A stretch of DNA of 64,000 bases from Paraspadella gotoi (lineage: Eukaryota; Animalia; Chaetognatha), in assembly GCA_051294375.1 (NCBI GenBank), contig CM119263.1, forward strand, positions 2,318,113 through 2,382,112, read 5' to 3'. The notes under the pieces are model-generated. The model was not told the DNA's origin, did no database searches, and worked only from the letters and a program-made list of their open reading frames with translations. Of this stretch, positions 1 to 45,200 are shown in pieces (positions within the stretch are counted from its first letter, which is position 1; each line of letters opens with the position of its first letter). Position numbers and translations under genes: made by a program.

Positions 1-81
1 TCGAGCAGCAACCGGCTTTCGAGACCTTACGACCCTCGTCAGAATCCGCGTAAACAAAAGTATCTCTCTTCTCTCTCTCTT

Positions 82-141
<60 letters not shown>

Positions 142-799
142 GTAGGAAAAATTTGTGTCAGTTGCCCTTGATAGGTCACTAAAAATTGATTTTATGAAAA
201 ACATTTCAGAAAAGAAGCATAAGTATTTACTCTCAATATGTCTATGTCGTGTATTAAAGATTAACGAATTAAGGATTAATTATTACGAACTATAACTATT
301 ATTATGTTCTTGACTATAATAGTAATAAAAATAGTTTTTCAAAATACCTACGGGACATCGTCCCCTTTCCGGTCTGATCATCAAAACATTTTTTGAAAGG
401 CATTTTTTTTCATTTTCTGGTTCGGGGAAAGGGTTACAAAAAAAAGGGAACGGTCGAGGAGCGGAGATTGCAAAACATGGTAAAAATCGGAGCTGGCATC
501 TTTATAGTTGGTTGATGTTAGTGCGGAGATGGCAAAAAAAAATAAAACGCGGCAAACATCGAGACGAAAGAAAAAGGGAGATGGTGGGCGAAAGAAAAAG
601 CATAAAACGGAATAAAGCGAAGTTTTAAAAAAAAGCAAAAAAAGCAAATCGTGATGGAAGAATCTTTTCAATTTCCTCCTCTTAAAAGTTTTGATCTTCG
701 TTTGATGGGAGGACAAAACGATGAAGGGCGAAACTGAGGACAAAAAAAAAGAGTTTAAGGCGAAAGATGAGGGACAAAATTTAAGATTAAATCGTGAAG

Positions 800-1150
800 G
801 ACAAAGCCTCGAAATACCCGGATGTGAGAGACAAAATTTTGAAAATTGAAGATGTAAGAGACTAAGCGTCAAAAAGCCTGGATATGATAGACAAAGTTTT
901 AAAGTTTCCGGAAGACAGAGACAACGCTTTGAAATGACCGGATGTGATAGACAAAGCCTTGAAATGACCGGATGTCAGAGACAAAGCCTTGAAATTTCCG
1001 GATGTAAGAGTTAAAGCTTCAAAATTCCAGGATGTAAGAGACAAAGCTTCATAATTCCCGGATTAAATACTGAAAATGCACGGATGTGAGATAAACCTAT
1101 TAAAATACCCGTATGTGGTAGAAAGAACATTAAAACTACCCGGATGTCAA
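800..1150. repeat. Degenerate 30-bp minisatellite (gaaatgaccggatgtgatagacaaagcctt-like), ~10-11 copies
   Basis: 30-bp periodicity of gatgt..gagacaaag. Confidence 0.85.
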
Positions 1151-2435
1151 AGACGGAACTCGAGATGCGCGTTCCGAATCCGGATCTTCGTTCGAGGACG
1201 ACGACCGATAAAGATTTAACCCGGAAATAGACCGCGGGACAGAAAAAACCCCGCGGGACATAAATCAACCATTCCCCGGAATCTAAGATCGTAAAGAGTT
1301 CCACAACCCAAGAAAAGCAAGAAAAGCAAAAAAAAAAAGTCAAAAAAAGCGGAAAAAGGGAAAGTTCACTCAAGATCGAGAGAACTTACTAAACGTCCCG
1401 GAACGAACCCCCCGTTACCCGGCGAGGACGTGGGGGGGGAGGAAGATGACGACGACGAAGATGACGACGAGGATGACGACGACGACGACGAAGATGACGA
1501 CGACGATGACACTGACATTTTTATTTTTCAATCAGTCACTACGGCATTGAATGTTATCAGTCTCCCAAAAAGCAGTTTATTATGACAAAATGATTAACTT
1601 GTGATTAAAATACAAAGAATCAAGAGCAAAAACTATACGACGACGACAGCGACTAAGACGACGACGACGACGACGACACCATGATGACGACAACGACGAC
1701 TGATTTATTCTCGTCAAGAGACGTCGGAACGAGTCCAACTGTCGAAATATTTCTGCCAACGCATATCAAACATTTTTGTACAAAAGCGAAGGATAAAATG
1801 TTTGCAGAAACTAAATGGTGAATTTTTTAATTCCTTTTCGATTTTTCCTTTTTCTTCACTTCTTTTTCACTTTTTAAATATTTTTAAAGAGAATTTTGAA
1901 CAAATTTAATTTTTTCTTTCGTTTATCATCTCGTCATACTATGTTTTTTTTTACCCACTAATGCGGCTGGCCTGAGGCCACTCTCATTGGCCAAAGGCCA
2001 CCCTCGCTGGCAAAAGGACACTCTTGCAGGCCAAAGACTCTCATTTTACACTTTTGTTTTCTGAAGATAATTCACAAAAAAATCCTAACAGAAAACTCAT
2101 GTCATAATTGTTTTCATTTTATTCTTCTGAAGTCTTGCATTATTTTTCTCTCCTTTCCTAATTGTTTTCTTTTCTTTTCTATATGTTTTCTTTCCTTTCC
2201 TAATTGTTTTATTTACTTTTCAAATTGTTTTTTTTTTTCCTCCTGTCATTTTTCCCCCTTTTATTGTTTTTCCTCGTTTTTTACCAAGCTTGATTCTCTC
2301 TCTCCAACTCAGAGCCAAATTTCTCTTCCACGCGAGAGCTTTAAGGAAATGAATGCATCATAAAACATGAGAGAGAGAAACCACGAAGTCGTTTCGAACA
2401 CATGGGTGATTTTGGCACTCGTTCTCTCTCTCTCT

Positions 2436-2488
<53 letters not shown>

Positions 2489-3033
2489 TCTCTCTCTCTC
2501 TCTCTGTAACGAGTTTTCTTAGCCGAGATAGGGGAAACCAAGTGTTGCATAATCTAATTTGTTCAGGATTGTGAGAAAGAGAAAAGAGAGAGAGAATTGA
2601 ATTGAATTGAATTGAATTGAACAGTACATGACCCTGGACAGCAACTAGTACGTCTAAAAGGTCTTTTGTTTTTCGTTTTAAAATACATGATACTCTGTAA
2701 AAGCGTACGGAATGTCACTAAAGGCGATCATTTACTTAAATTCTCTGTTCATTTGTTTTCCAAACGTTTTCAAATCGTTCAATCAGCTAACATGAGATAC
2801 AATTTGGATTAAGTTACATTAATCAATGTAGAAACCTATTTAACAATGTCAGGGGGATTTGTAAAAAAAAGAGACAATTTCTTTTTCTTTTTTTTTCTTT
2901 TTTTTGTGTTTTTTGTTTGTGTTTTGTGTGTTTTTTTTAAGCAAGTAACATACATTTGAAAATTCAAATAGATTAAGGCTACATATAAATTCTTAAATTG
3001 TAAGAAAACAGTAGAATAACAAATATCACAGAG

Positions 3034-3070
<37 letters not shown>

Positions 3071-3078
3071 CTCCTCAC

Positions 3079-3303
3079 CGGATCCAGGGCTGGACAAGGC
3101 GGGGTGAGCGAATTGCGCCGGGGGCGACGGTAGATCATCCAATCTGCGGGTAGGACGGTCCCGCGGGGGTGTGAGGTCGCGTCTTGGCGGCGGCAGCAGC
3201 GATGGCGGAACCGGCGCTGGGCCAAAGTCGTCCAAAACGTCGCCGGCTGAGTTGTGTCGGCGCCGGCGTGAGAGAGTCGGCGCCGTTATGGAGCGAGGAA
3301 ATC
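3079..3303 (-). CDS. Pro-rich symmetric exon (FPRSITAPTLSRRRRHNSAGDVLDDFGPAPVPP...SSPGS); alternative ANKRD6 continuation or part of another gene
   Basis: tttgcttcaccag acceptor, g|gtgagg donor, 225 nt, phase 1-1, GC-rich island. Confidence 0.55.
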
Positions 3304-4284
3304 CTGGTGAAGCAAAAGAAAGAGGTAAAGATTGTGAAATCGGAAAATCATTCACGGATTAAATCGTTCACTCATTCACTCCCATGGATTTCGGTGAATA
3401 TTTTTTTCCCTTTTCCTATGATGTTATGAATCGATCGCTTGCGTGAAAATGAGTCGGTGATTTCCGAAGCGAAATTTCCCTTCAAACAGACAAATACCGT
3501 TAATCGAATTCTGCCGGGCTTTTTTTCTTTGGTTATATTTTTAACATTTTTTTCTATATAATAAGATAAAGTTGACTACATCACAATGTCGTAACGTTTC
3601 TCCGCTTTTTAAAGAGTGATTTTTTTTAGTTTGTGACAAATACAGATTGTATATCTGTTAATAAAACCCTGGTTATTAAAAATATTAGATTCCCTTGAAG
3701 TTAACCACACGCTTTAAGCCGGGGAAAAAAAAACCAAAACAAAACTTCTCATTTAGTCAATGTGAAGTGATTCTTTGACCGTTTCACTCATTCAGCCTCT
3801 GTGAAGTGATTCTGCGACTCATTCACATCGTAATTCTTTCTTTCTATCCCCGTCGATCAAACTCTCCTCTTTTTTCTTTCCCGCGATTCTTCCATTTTGC
3901 ACATCACACGTGATATTTGATGAATGAGAATCCCATAAGGCGCCCGTCAAATATTTCATGAAAATTCTCTCTTTCATCCGGTGAAGACGTGGGCGGCGGC
4001 GGCGGCGGCGGCNNNNNNNNNNGCGGCAGATGATGCAGCGGCGGTGGAAGCAGCTGCAACGAGGCGGCGTTGGAAACGGCATCGGCGGAATTGGTATGAT
4101 GGACAGAAAATTTTTCTCGTGAGTCGCGAACATTTAAAGGTAGTGAATTCACCAAAAATGACTCCATTTAAAAAAGAATAAACTTTTTTTTTTCAATGTC
4201 TCCTACCACAAATAAAATATAAATAGGGACACTTGGACCGGGGTAAAGAAAACCGATAAAAGTGATTGCAATCTCGCAGAGGCT

Positions 4285-4318
<34 letters not shown>

Positions 4319-5834
4319 TGCACCGCGAGGTGTGAGCTTAAGGTGGCGTCGTGATCGATGAGGGCTCGTGATAGGCTAGTGATCGATCACGGGGTAGGGA
4401 AACGCGAAAGGCTAAATTGAGAAAAGGCGTCAATATTGAAAAAACAAAAACAAACAAAGGGGAAAAAAAGGAGAATTTCCTTTTTTTTTTTCCTCTTATT
4501 GTAATTTTATCGGTGAAAAAAAAATTAATGGCGCTCGCGAGGTTGATTCTCGGAAATGACGCGTTCCCATAGAAACGCGTATCGTCGCAGGTGGCGTCCT
4601 CGCGGGAAATTCTCGACGTCGCGGGAGCGTTCGGTTGCCATGGGAACGAGTGACTCGTAGGATTCGTTTGGAGGGCGAGCGAAGGGCGCGTAGGATGACG
4701 TAAGTATTATACTAAGTAATTCTTGAGGACAAAAAATAACGGATATTTCGGCGGGAAATTTGGTTAGGAAATTCCGTAGGTCGCGGGACACACAGAGTTC
4801 GTTTCAAGACAAGGACGTGTTTTCCTTTTTCCCCAAAAAGATATCGAAACAAAAGACTGGCGGCCTCAACAAGATTCACCGTCGCCGTGCAACGGATTTC
4901 TCAGAAATGCGAAGAGAAACTCAATCAACGTGGATTGTTGACTGCACAAAGTAGACTGCGGATAAATTAGTCGTCGATATGAAATAAATAATAGAAAGGG
5001 AAAAAAAATTGAGTTTTAGAATACGAAAAAAAAATAATTTTCTTTTTTTTTCTTAAACAAAAATAATACAACATTTTCTTTCATTTGTTGGAACATAAAC
5101 CCCGTTCATCACATTTTTTCCCCTTCGTTTTTTTTTTTTTTTTTTTGTTTGTTTTGTGTTTTTTTTCTCGTCGCATCTCATTTGTCGATCGAATCCATTC
5201 TGACCCCAATTTCCGGTTCGCCGACCACGAACGCCGCCACAGCGCCTCCCCTTGCCGCCGCCGCCGCAGCGCGCCGTCGCCGCCGCCGCCGCCGCAACGG
5301 GCTTTCCTTAGACGTTCCTTCGTTTCCGTCGACCGCCTTCACATCTCAGCCGTGAATTTCGTGGCCACCAGTTTTTTTTTTGTTTTTTTTTTCCCCACGT
5401 CGCTTTTTTTTTCCTCATGAATGATTTTCGTCTTTATGATACTTTTTTTTTCCTTTCCCTCGTATTAATAATCTTTTTTTCGTCTTTTTTTTATTAATTT
5501 TTTATTTTCTATTTCCTTCTTCCTCTTTCTTCTTTCCTTTATTTCTTCAATTCTTCTTTAACTTTCTTCCTAAATTCCTGAATATCTTCCTCCCCTTTTT
5601 CGCCTTCCCCTGCCCACCTTCCTCCCTCCCACCTTTCCCCCATAATCTCCCCCCGTTCCCCTCCTTCCTCACCCCTTCCTCACCCCTTCCTCACCCCAAG
5701 CAAAGAAACGACAAACGATCAAAAAACAAACTTTGAGTTAATTTAACCTCAACGAAAGAAAAAATTCCCCAAATGGACTCTTGACCCCGCGACCTCGCTA
5801 ACTTTTCTTTTTCTTTCGACCTGAAACGACGGGG

Positions 5835-5867
5835 CCTTAACGACGAAAATAACAACGGTCGAACCCT

Positions 5868-5900
<33 letters not shown>

Positions 5901-6373
5901 TCGTCTTCACCAGCCTGAATGACAAAAATAACAATGGTCGAATGCTTTGTCGTCATCGTCGTCATCATCATCGTCTTCACCGGCCTGAATGAAAGAGAGA
6001 GAATGACGACGACGACGACGAAGCGTTCGACCGTTGTTATTTTCGTCATTCAGGCGGTGATGACGATGACGACGACGACGACGAAGGTTCGACCTTATTT
6101 TCGTCGTTAAGGCCGGTGATGACGATGACGACGACGACGACGACAGCGTTCGAACCGTTGTTATTTTCGTCATTCAGGCCGGTGATGACGATGACGACGA
6201 CGACGACGACGAAAGCGGTTCGAAAGACTCGTTGTTATTTTCGTCATTCAGGCGGTGAATGACGATGACGACGACGACGACGAAGGTTCGACTTATTTTC
6301 GTCGTTAAGGCCGGTGATGACGATGACCGACGACGACAATGACGACAAGGCATTCGACCGTTGTTATTATTCG
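5835..6373. repeat. ~60-70 bp GAC-containing minisatellite with an orientation switch near 5995
   Basis: ttcgaccgttgttattttcgtcattcaggc..gtgatgacgatgacgacg ~6 times; about two copies in reverse complement at 5835-5992. Confidence 0.9.
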
Positions 6374-6699
6374 NNNNNNNNNNNNNNNNNNNNNNNNNNN
6401 NNNNNNNNNNNNNNNNNNNNNNNNNNNNNNNNNNNNNNNNNNNNNNNNNNNNNNNNNNNNNNNNNNNNNNNNNNNNNNNNNNNNNNNNNNNNNNNNNNNN
6501 NNNNNNNNNNTTCATCGTCGTCGTCGTCGTCATCTTCGTCAACTCAGATACTGAAATCGAGCGACATTTTTCCCGACATTTTGACAACGATTACCTAATG
6601 ACGCTCCTTCCGAGTGAAACAGAAAAACGAGGTTTATTTTGGAGGCGGCGTCGTCGTCGACTTCTGCTGCGGCGTCCGCTGCTGCTGCGACGGCTTTTT

Positions 6700-37732
<31,033 letters not shown>

Positions 37733-37763
37733 CTGGAAAAGAAGGTGGATAGAGTTAGAGACA

Positions 37764-37814
<51 letters not shown>

Positions 37815-37967
37815 TCCCATTCCCTACTTTTCACACCCCGTCCGAGTTTTTCAACGCGAGTCAAGGATATTTCAATTTGAAAAACCTTTAATTTCTTTAT
37901 TAATCCTAAATTTCTTCGTTTTCTCTAATTTAATTCGACGACGCGGGTCACGAGATTATATCGTCAA

Positions 37968-37987
37968 AGGTCAAAGGTCAAAGTCCA
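37968..37987 (+). promoter_or_regulatory. Tandem DR1-type nuclear-receptor half-site array AGGTCA-A-AGGTCA-A-AGTCCA
   Basis: Perfect DR1 plus the HNF4-type CAAAGTCCA motif; motif match only. Confidence 0.3.
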
Positions 37988-39572
37988 CTCTCCGGCGTCA
38001 CGGTCTCGCGTCACCGTCAAGTCAAGACGGCGTGACAAGTCCTGGGGTGGCCACTGGACGATCGATTAAAACGAGTTACGATTCGAAAAAGAGAAATCAT
38101 CAGCCATATAAATTATAAACATCATTTTTTTTGTGAAAACAATTATTATAAATTCTAATATTTTTCAAGTCTTGACATAAAACTTGTTTGATAATCTTTA
38201 TATATTTTTTTTCTTTGTATATATTAATTTTCTTCTCTTTTTATTTATTTATTCAGACGAAATAGTCACAACCCATCACAACAAATATAGCAGTGGTTGG
38301 CTAATTTCCAATTTATTTTTCTCGAATAAAGAACCAGTAGCAGCGCGAAGAGTTAAATCGATACAAGTCAAAATGGGGAATTTTATTTTATTTAATTAAA
38401 TTCGCTTTAGCTGAAATAATACATCATAATGAAAGTTGTATCGCGTAATTCCATCCTTGCCTTTTCTCGAAGCACTGAGCGTCTGTTTGACCAACGAGAC
38501 TTGAGATAATTTGTAATACTGTTATAATTTAATTCATCCTAGTTATTTGATTCATGAAAAGAAGTAAAAATATTCCACAGGGTGAAACGTAATAGCGTCA
38601 TATTTATCAGACAGAAAGTCACGATAGTTGCATCTGCGCAGTTTCTTTCTCCCCTCCTCGCTCCCCAAGAATATTAACTAGGATAAGAAAGTAAAGTACA
38701 CTGCGGCACAAAAAAAAGTAACCACTTTTTCACATCGAAAACAACCATATCAGATGGCAGAATTCTATAAAGATATAGAAATATAAAACAAAGCTTATTG
38801 AAAGATGAAGCGATTTGTCTAAGTCTAAAAAAATAAAGCAAAGCGTTTGAAAGTTATAAGACGGCAAAGTCGATACAAAAATAAAAAAAATTAGTTTTCG
38901 TCCAAAAGAGTCGACTTTTCCTTATTAAAAACTATTTATATTATGAAATGTTACAAATTTCGAAGTCATAATTTTTTTTATTGAATTCAATTGAATTTGA
39001 AATAAATCTATGAGGCTCCGTTATCTGCCACGACGCAGTCTCACGGTTTAATACGAAAAATATTTCTTTTTTTATCTTTTATTATTATCTTTCCTTTTTT
39101 TCTCTTTCCTTTTTTTTCGATCACTCTTCGTCATCATGCTCCTTTTTTTAAATTTCCTTTCTAAGTATATTATTTATAATTTTATTTCCTGTTTCTTTCT
39201 TTATTTATCCTTTTTTTTTCCCTTCGAACTCATTGTAACCGATTTGTTCCAATTAACTTCGATCTTAATGATTTCAAATTCATTCGATCTTTTCGCTTAA
39301 AAAGAGAGAAATTCTCAGTCGCGATTTGTGACTTCAACTCTGATCGTCAAACGTTTGAATACAAAATTGAAAAAAAATATATTAAAATAAAAAATACTGA
39401 ATGAATTTTCTTGAGTTTACCTGTTAATATTTAATAATAGTCAAATAGAAAAGTCACAACAACTATTTTTTTGTCTTCACAACGAAGTTTAAATTATTCA
39501 TCGTTGCATCCGTAAAAAAAAAAGAACAATCCTCTCTGTCTCCATCTGCGCCTTCGAACGACGACGACGACG

Positions 39573-41889
39573 ATGACGCCGACGTATTTCCTCGCGCTCC
39601 TCCTGGCGGCAAAGTGGGCGTGGCCGGTGTCGGCGCGCCATCTTTGCGACGAAGATTGCGAGCGACGAAAGTTCGTGGGAGTGAAGGCAAGTCGGGTGAC
39701 CTTGTGGAGATGACCTGTGACCTGCGAGATCTTTTGACAAGTGACCAGTGAGAATGACCTGACATCAAAAGGTCAAATGGAAAAAACAAACGAAGTTCAT
39801 TGATTTTTTTTTCTTCTCTCCGATTTTCCCTGTGATTCAAGGCTTCAGAGCTTGAGGTTTGATTTTTTAACCAAAATTTATTTTGGTTTTATAAAAAAAT
39901 TACCAGACTAATAAAAACTCAGACGTATGGTTTCNNNNNNNNNNNNNNNNNNNNNNNNNAAACGTTAAAGAGAGAAATTCTTACTTCTTCTGCTATCCGA
40001 CTTTATTTTTCGACCAAAAGGGAGATTCCGGACGAACCACTGACAGATCCGGGATCTACCAAGGCACTCGATCCGGTCCAACAAGCCGGAAAAATCGATG
40101 AAACCGAGCCGAATCGAAACGGGATGCTCTGCCGAGAATAATGCGGGGATTTCCCTCCAGGCGAAGGCGAGAGCAAAAAACAAAAGGCGTCGGGAAGGAG
40201 AAGGAAAACCTGGCGGAAAAAAGGAAAAAGTGGAGAGGAAAAATTCCGACAAGTGAGCAACGTTGGCCATTTAAAATAAATGAAGTGGCGGTAAAAAAAA
40301 CTATTTAGATATAGGTGCAAATTACGAAATGATATCATATTTTTATGACAGTGTTATGTATAGCTCGTATTGCATATATATATTAATGCTTTACTCTTTG
40401 TTTTATATTATTAACCTTTGGTTTCATCCTTAATTTAAGAAACTGAAGCGAGATTCTCATTTGTGCCTAATATCTTAAGTAAGTCCGCATAATTTAGGTA
40501 CAAAATGCGGAAGAGAAGCGATATCCCTTACTTGACTAGGCAGTTTCGATCTAAGATTGACGTGAGTTTTTGAAAACATCGTTTTAATTAAATAAAATCC
40601 CGAAAACTTTTTTTTTTGTTAAGACGCCCTTCATCATTAAAAAGAACTGGAGCGTTTCTTTTAAAACTGTAATTAAAATGACAAAACGAAAATAATACTT
40701 GACAGACCGAAGGTTGAACGAGTTTTATTGATTGACGAACAAACTGTCATTAATTTTGGAGGGAATTTGAAAAGTCCCGGCTTATATATTCAAAAGGTTC
40801 AAAAAAGTCGCAGGTAAAAATTGTCGGCCTTATTTTCTCAAACGCCAAAATTTCAATCTTAACATTCGAAAATTGCGAGCAGTTTTAAGTTTGGACGAAT
40901 AGATTAGAGTTAGGATTAGGCTGAAGAATATGTTTAAGTATTACATTAAGTATTTACGTTTATGGATTGTGATTAGGGTTAGAGATTAAGCATGTAAGTT
41001 AAAAGATTAAGTTGAAGGGGATTAGTTATGGTAAAGCTTTAAGGATTAAGAATAGGTTTTGCTTACTACGGTTTGAAACCAACATTATGGTTAAAATTAT
41101 ATGGATGTAAATGAAGTTCAGTGATTAAAGGAACCGAAATACAGGCTAATCGAAAAGGAGAGCCGAATCGTCTTAAACAACTTGTAAAGTCGCATTTCCG
41201 TAAAAAATTCTCAAAAAAAGGTTCACGCGAATCAACCGCAATCACAGAATCCACAGAATCACCGAATCACCGAATCAACATTCTTCGATTCATTCTAGTT
41301 CACAATTTTCGAAATTTTATCGAACAACGAAAAATTTGCTTCGGATTTTGCAAGTAAATGTGTTCTCCGCTGTACGCCCTTTGCTAAGGCGACCAACTCG
41401 ACAGCAATTAAAGAGGTTTTACTGTCCTCATGAGAGTTACTTCATCCACTCTGCAGATTTATGACTTAAGTCGCCGTAAAAACTTGACTTTTCTTTATCT
41501 GGAAAAACTAGGAAGAGAAATGTGAAGAACAGGGCGAGCGTGATAAAGAGAGAGAGAGAGAGAGAGGGAGGGAGGGAGAGAGAGAGAGAGAGAGAGAAGA
41601 GGAGGAGGGAGGGGAGGAGAGAGAAGGCAGGCGAAAGAAGAGAGAGAGAGAGAAAGACGAGAGGGAGAAACTTTAATCAGCGTCCTTGACCATTTTTTTC
41701 CAGACTTTTCAACTCAAGATTCCCTGAATAAAATAAAGAAATAAAAAGAAAGAAGGAACTAAATTTCAACATGATTTCGTTGCGAAAGAAAACATTTTAT
41801 TAAAAAAAAAACGAGATTTCGCTGAAGGCGAGGAGCAGATGGCATCGTGAGAAAGAGAGAGAGATTGAAGAGAAAGAGAGAGAGAGAGA

Positions 41890-41920
<31 letters not shown>

Positions 41921-42225
41921 AGAGGAGGAGGAGGGAGGGAGGGAGAAAGGGAGAGAGAGAGAGAGAAAGAGAGAGAGGGAAGGAGAGAAGAGGCAGGGGA
42001 AAGAGAGAGAGAGAGAGAAAGACAGAGAGGGAGAAACTTTATCAGACGTCCTGAATTTTCGATTCAATCAAGATGAAAAAATAAGAAATAGAAAGAAAAA
42101 AACTAAATTTCAAATGATTTTCCGTTGCGAAGAAAACATTTATTAAAAAAAAAACGAATTTCGCTGAGCGGAAGGAGCAGATGGCATCGTGAGAAAGAGA
42201 GAGAGAGAGAAGAGAGAGAGAGATT

Positions 42226-42259
<34 letters not shown>

Positions 42260-45200
42260 GACAGAGACACAAACTCAGCGTCATCTAACAGCGACGGTCA
42301 TACATATCGCAAAGCGTATTCGTCTCCGGCAAATCGTCGCCGATTTTTCCCGTGGATGTAGGCGGAAGAGGGAAGCGGCCGTGCCGGGTGTCGACGGCCC
42401 AGGGCAGCCGTCTGGGCTGTCGAATGACCATCATCCATCCGTAGTAAACGTGACTTTTTATCTGGAAACTAGTGAGGATGTGAGGCACGTCGATCAAAGA
42501 AAAGAAGTTAGAGAGAGGCATGATAGCGTAGATTCATGCAGTCTAGCCTTAGCCCTTATTATAGTTTAGATTTGGGAGGATTTGGGGATTTAGAGCGCAT
42601 GAGTGGAATAGAGCAGAGAGATATAGAATGGACATATTGGGAACTTCAAATAGCGTTTAATCTCTTATTGTCCGACTTTTCATCAAATTGTCATTCCTGA
42701 AATAATAAAAATAAAGAAGGACTATTCAAGATTTTAAGAAAACAAATATAAAAAGAATTCCTACAGGAGAATGGCCATCTGGAAAAGAGAGGATAAGAGA
42801 AGGGGGAGGAAAGGGGGAGGAAGAGAGGAGGGGGGGGAGGAGAAAGAGAGGAGGAGAAAAGCAGGGGAGAGGGGAGAGAAGAAGAATTTACAGCGTCCAA
42901 AAAAAAGAGAAAACTTTTAAATGATTCGCAAAGTAAAAAAAAACGATTCGAGCGAGGCAGATGGCACGTAAAAAGAAGAGAGTGAGAAATGACGAAGAAC
43001 AACAAGAGCAATCGTCTCTAGCGACTCATACATTGGCAAAATTTGTCCGGACTTCCGGCTTCCCGGAGTAAGGCGGGAGAAGCGGCCGTCCTTCCGGCCG
43101 GGTTGGCGATCCATCCATCCGTGGATGGGACGACGTGCCTTGAGCTCTCATGATTAAAGTGAAACCAATTCTCTGTCGTCTTAGCCATGCCTTTGCTCTG
43201 CTTAGTCAGTCTTTAATGATTATTTTGTCCATTTAGTGCTATCTTGCATACTCTTTTTTAAATCAATGTCATCGTTTAACTTCTATTATTATTCATGTCC
43301 TTTTATTCTAAAAAAATAACACACTCTTTATTTTGCCATATGTCTCTTTGACGCTTTGTCACTCCCCTCTCCATTGACAATCCCTTTTCCCGTTTTCTCT
43401 TGACCGCTACCTTTACCCATGGATTCATGTCGTTAAGGATAAAAGTCGAACTCGCCCTCTCGTCGTGTTGTTGTGTTGTCGTTGTTTTTCCCCTCCCGTC
43501 GTCGACGAATTCTTCGTAGATCTTCGTTTCCGTTTCGGTCTCCCTCCTCCTCCTCCTCCGTCCTCTTTAACTACTTCCTCACCTCTTCTCTTCGTCTTTG
43601 GTTGAATCCCTCATCTTCTTTCTTCTTCTTCTTCTTCTCTTCTTCTTTCCTTCTCCATCTTCTACTTCACACCAATACGATTTCTTCCTGATCCTTCTCT
43701 TCCTTCCTCCTCCTCCTCCTCCTCCTCCTCAACCACAGAAGATGATTCACCTGCGTTTGTCTCAACTTCTCTCCTCGGCTCAACTTCCACCACTTCCGCC
43801 GTCCGTGCGGAGATCGTCTCCTCGAGTGGTTGAATCTCAACTTCTTCCGTCGAATCGTCTTTTTCGTCCATCTCCTTCTCTCCTTTGTCTCCTTCTTTTT
43901 CTTCTTTCCTCCTTCCGGCTTTCTTCTCCGCTTCGTCAACATCCTCTTCGTCACTATGCGGTCATCGTCGTCGCTGTCGTCGTCGTCGCTGTCGTCATCG
44001 TCGCTATATCGTCGTCGGCTGTCATCGTCGCTGTCATCGTCGTCCGCTGTCATCGTCGTCGCTGTCGTCATCGTCGCTGAAGTCATCTTCGCTATCGTCA
44101 TCGTCGCTGTCGTTGTCATCATCTTTTTTTATTTCGTACACTATCGTCGTCGTCGTGGTCCTCGTCACTTTGGTCGACCAACTCACATCGCATCGTCTTT
44201 CTTCGCTGTCGTCATCGTCGTCGTCGTCTTCGTCGTCGACGTTTTTTCTTTCTCGTCATATCCATCATCATTCCTCATCATCATCATCGATCATCATTTT
44301 CATCATCTATCATCATATCATCATCATCATCATCATCATCCTCCAAGTCCGTATGTAGACTAACGATTCGATCTCTCCGAAACCAACTCTTTGCATCCGA
44401 GTTTCTCGCGTCGAAAAAACGACAGAGGCGACGCGCCTCACCCGATCGAAATCGCGGCGCCAAAAGGTGAGGGAGACCTGGAAAAATTAATTGGGGTGAG
44501 GGATGGAAGTGAGTGAGGATTCGACCAATCGGCGACAGGATTCGAATCGAATTCGACCAATCGAGAGTCAACAAACATTCAACCATCAGAGAGTATTTGA
44601 ATATTAGAAAGCTTAATATACAAGATTTTCGACCAATCAGAAACCCGACGAAACGAATCGACTAGACCAATCAGCATCCTTCCGCCAAACCGTCTCTCTC
44701 TCACCTCCGTCTTTGCGCCTCTGAATTCCTGCGTCCAATTCCTCAGCAGCGCCGCGTCGGCGAAGTGGCAGCCGCATACGGCGCCGAGATTCGCTTGCCT
44801 CCTCGCGGGTTTGAGGATTCGCATCCTGAAGGATCGCTCCAAGAACAATAGGAGCAGACGTGGGGAACCTTAAGGAGCGATGGGAGAAAGAAAATAGTGG
44901 GAAGAAAAAATGGAGGAAAGAAAATGATATTTAATATTAGTATTAATTAATATTTAATATTTATGAAATTGGTACAACCAATATTAAAATTATCCTGGAA
45001 AACACTCAAGCTGATTTCAGGCCAGAAACCCGTTCCATGACTGCTAGAGGGAGTTTGCAGCCAATACAGCCATGGAGCAGTCCTCAGCAACAGTAAATCC
45101 CGACACTCCCCTGACTCCTACTAATCCTCCGATCCCCGCCACTCCCCTCACCCCGCTATTCCGATCCCCTGAACCCTGCACTCACCTGCTTCCACTTTAA

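Noticed and set aside
1-53. End of a plus-strand coding exon (..EQQPAFETLRPSSESA*)
   Set aside because: Too short and cut by the window edge to support
3980-5350. GC-rich (GCC)n islands as exons (similar islands at 14230-14450 and 17700-17890)
   Set aside because: No consistent splice sites or recognisable peptide; left uncalled
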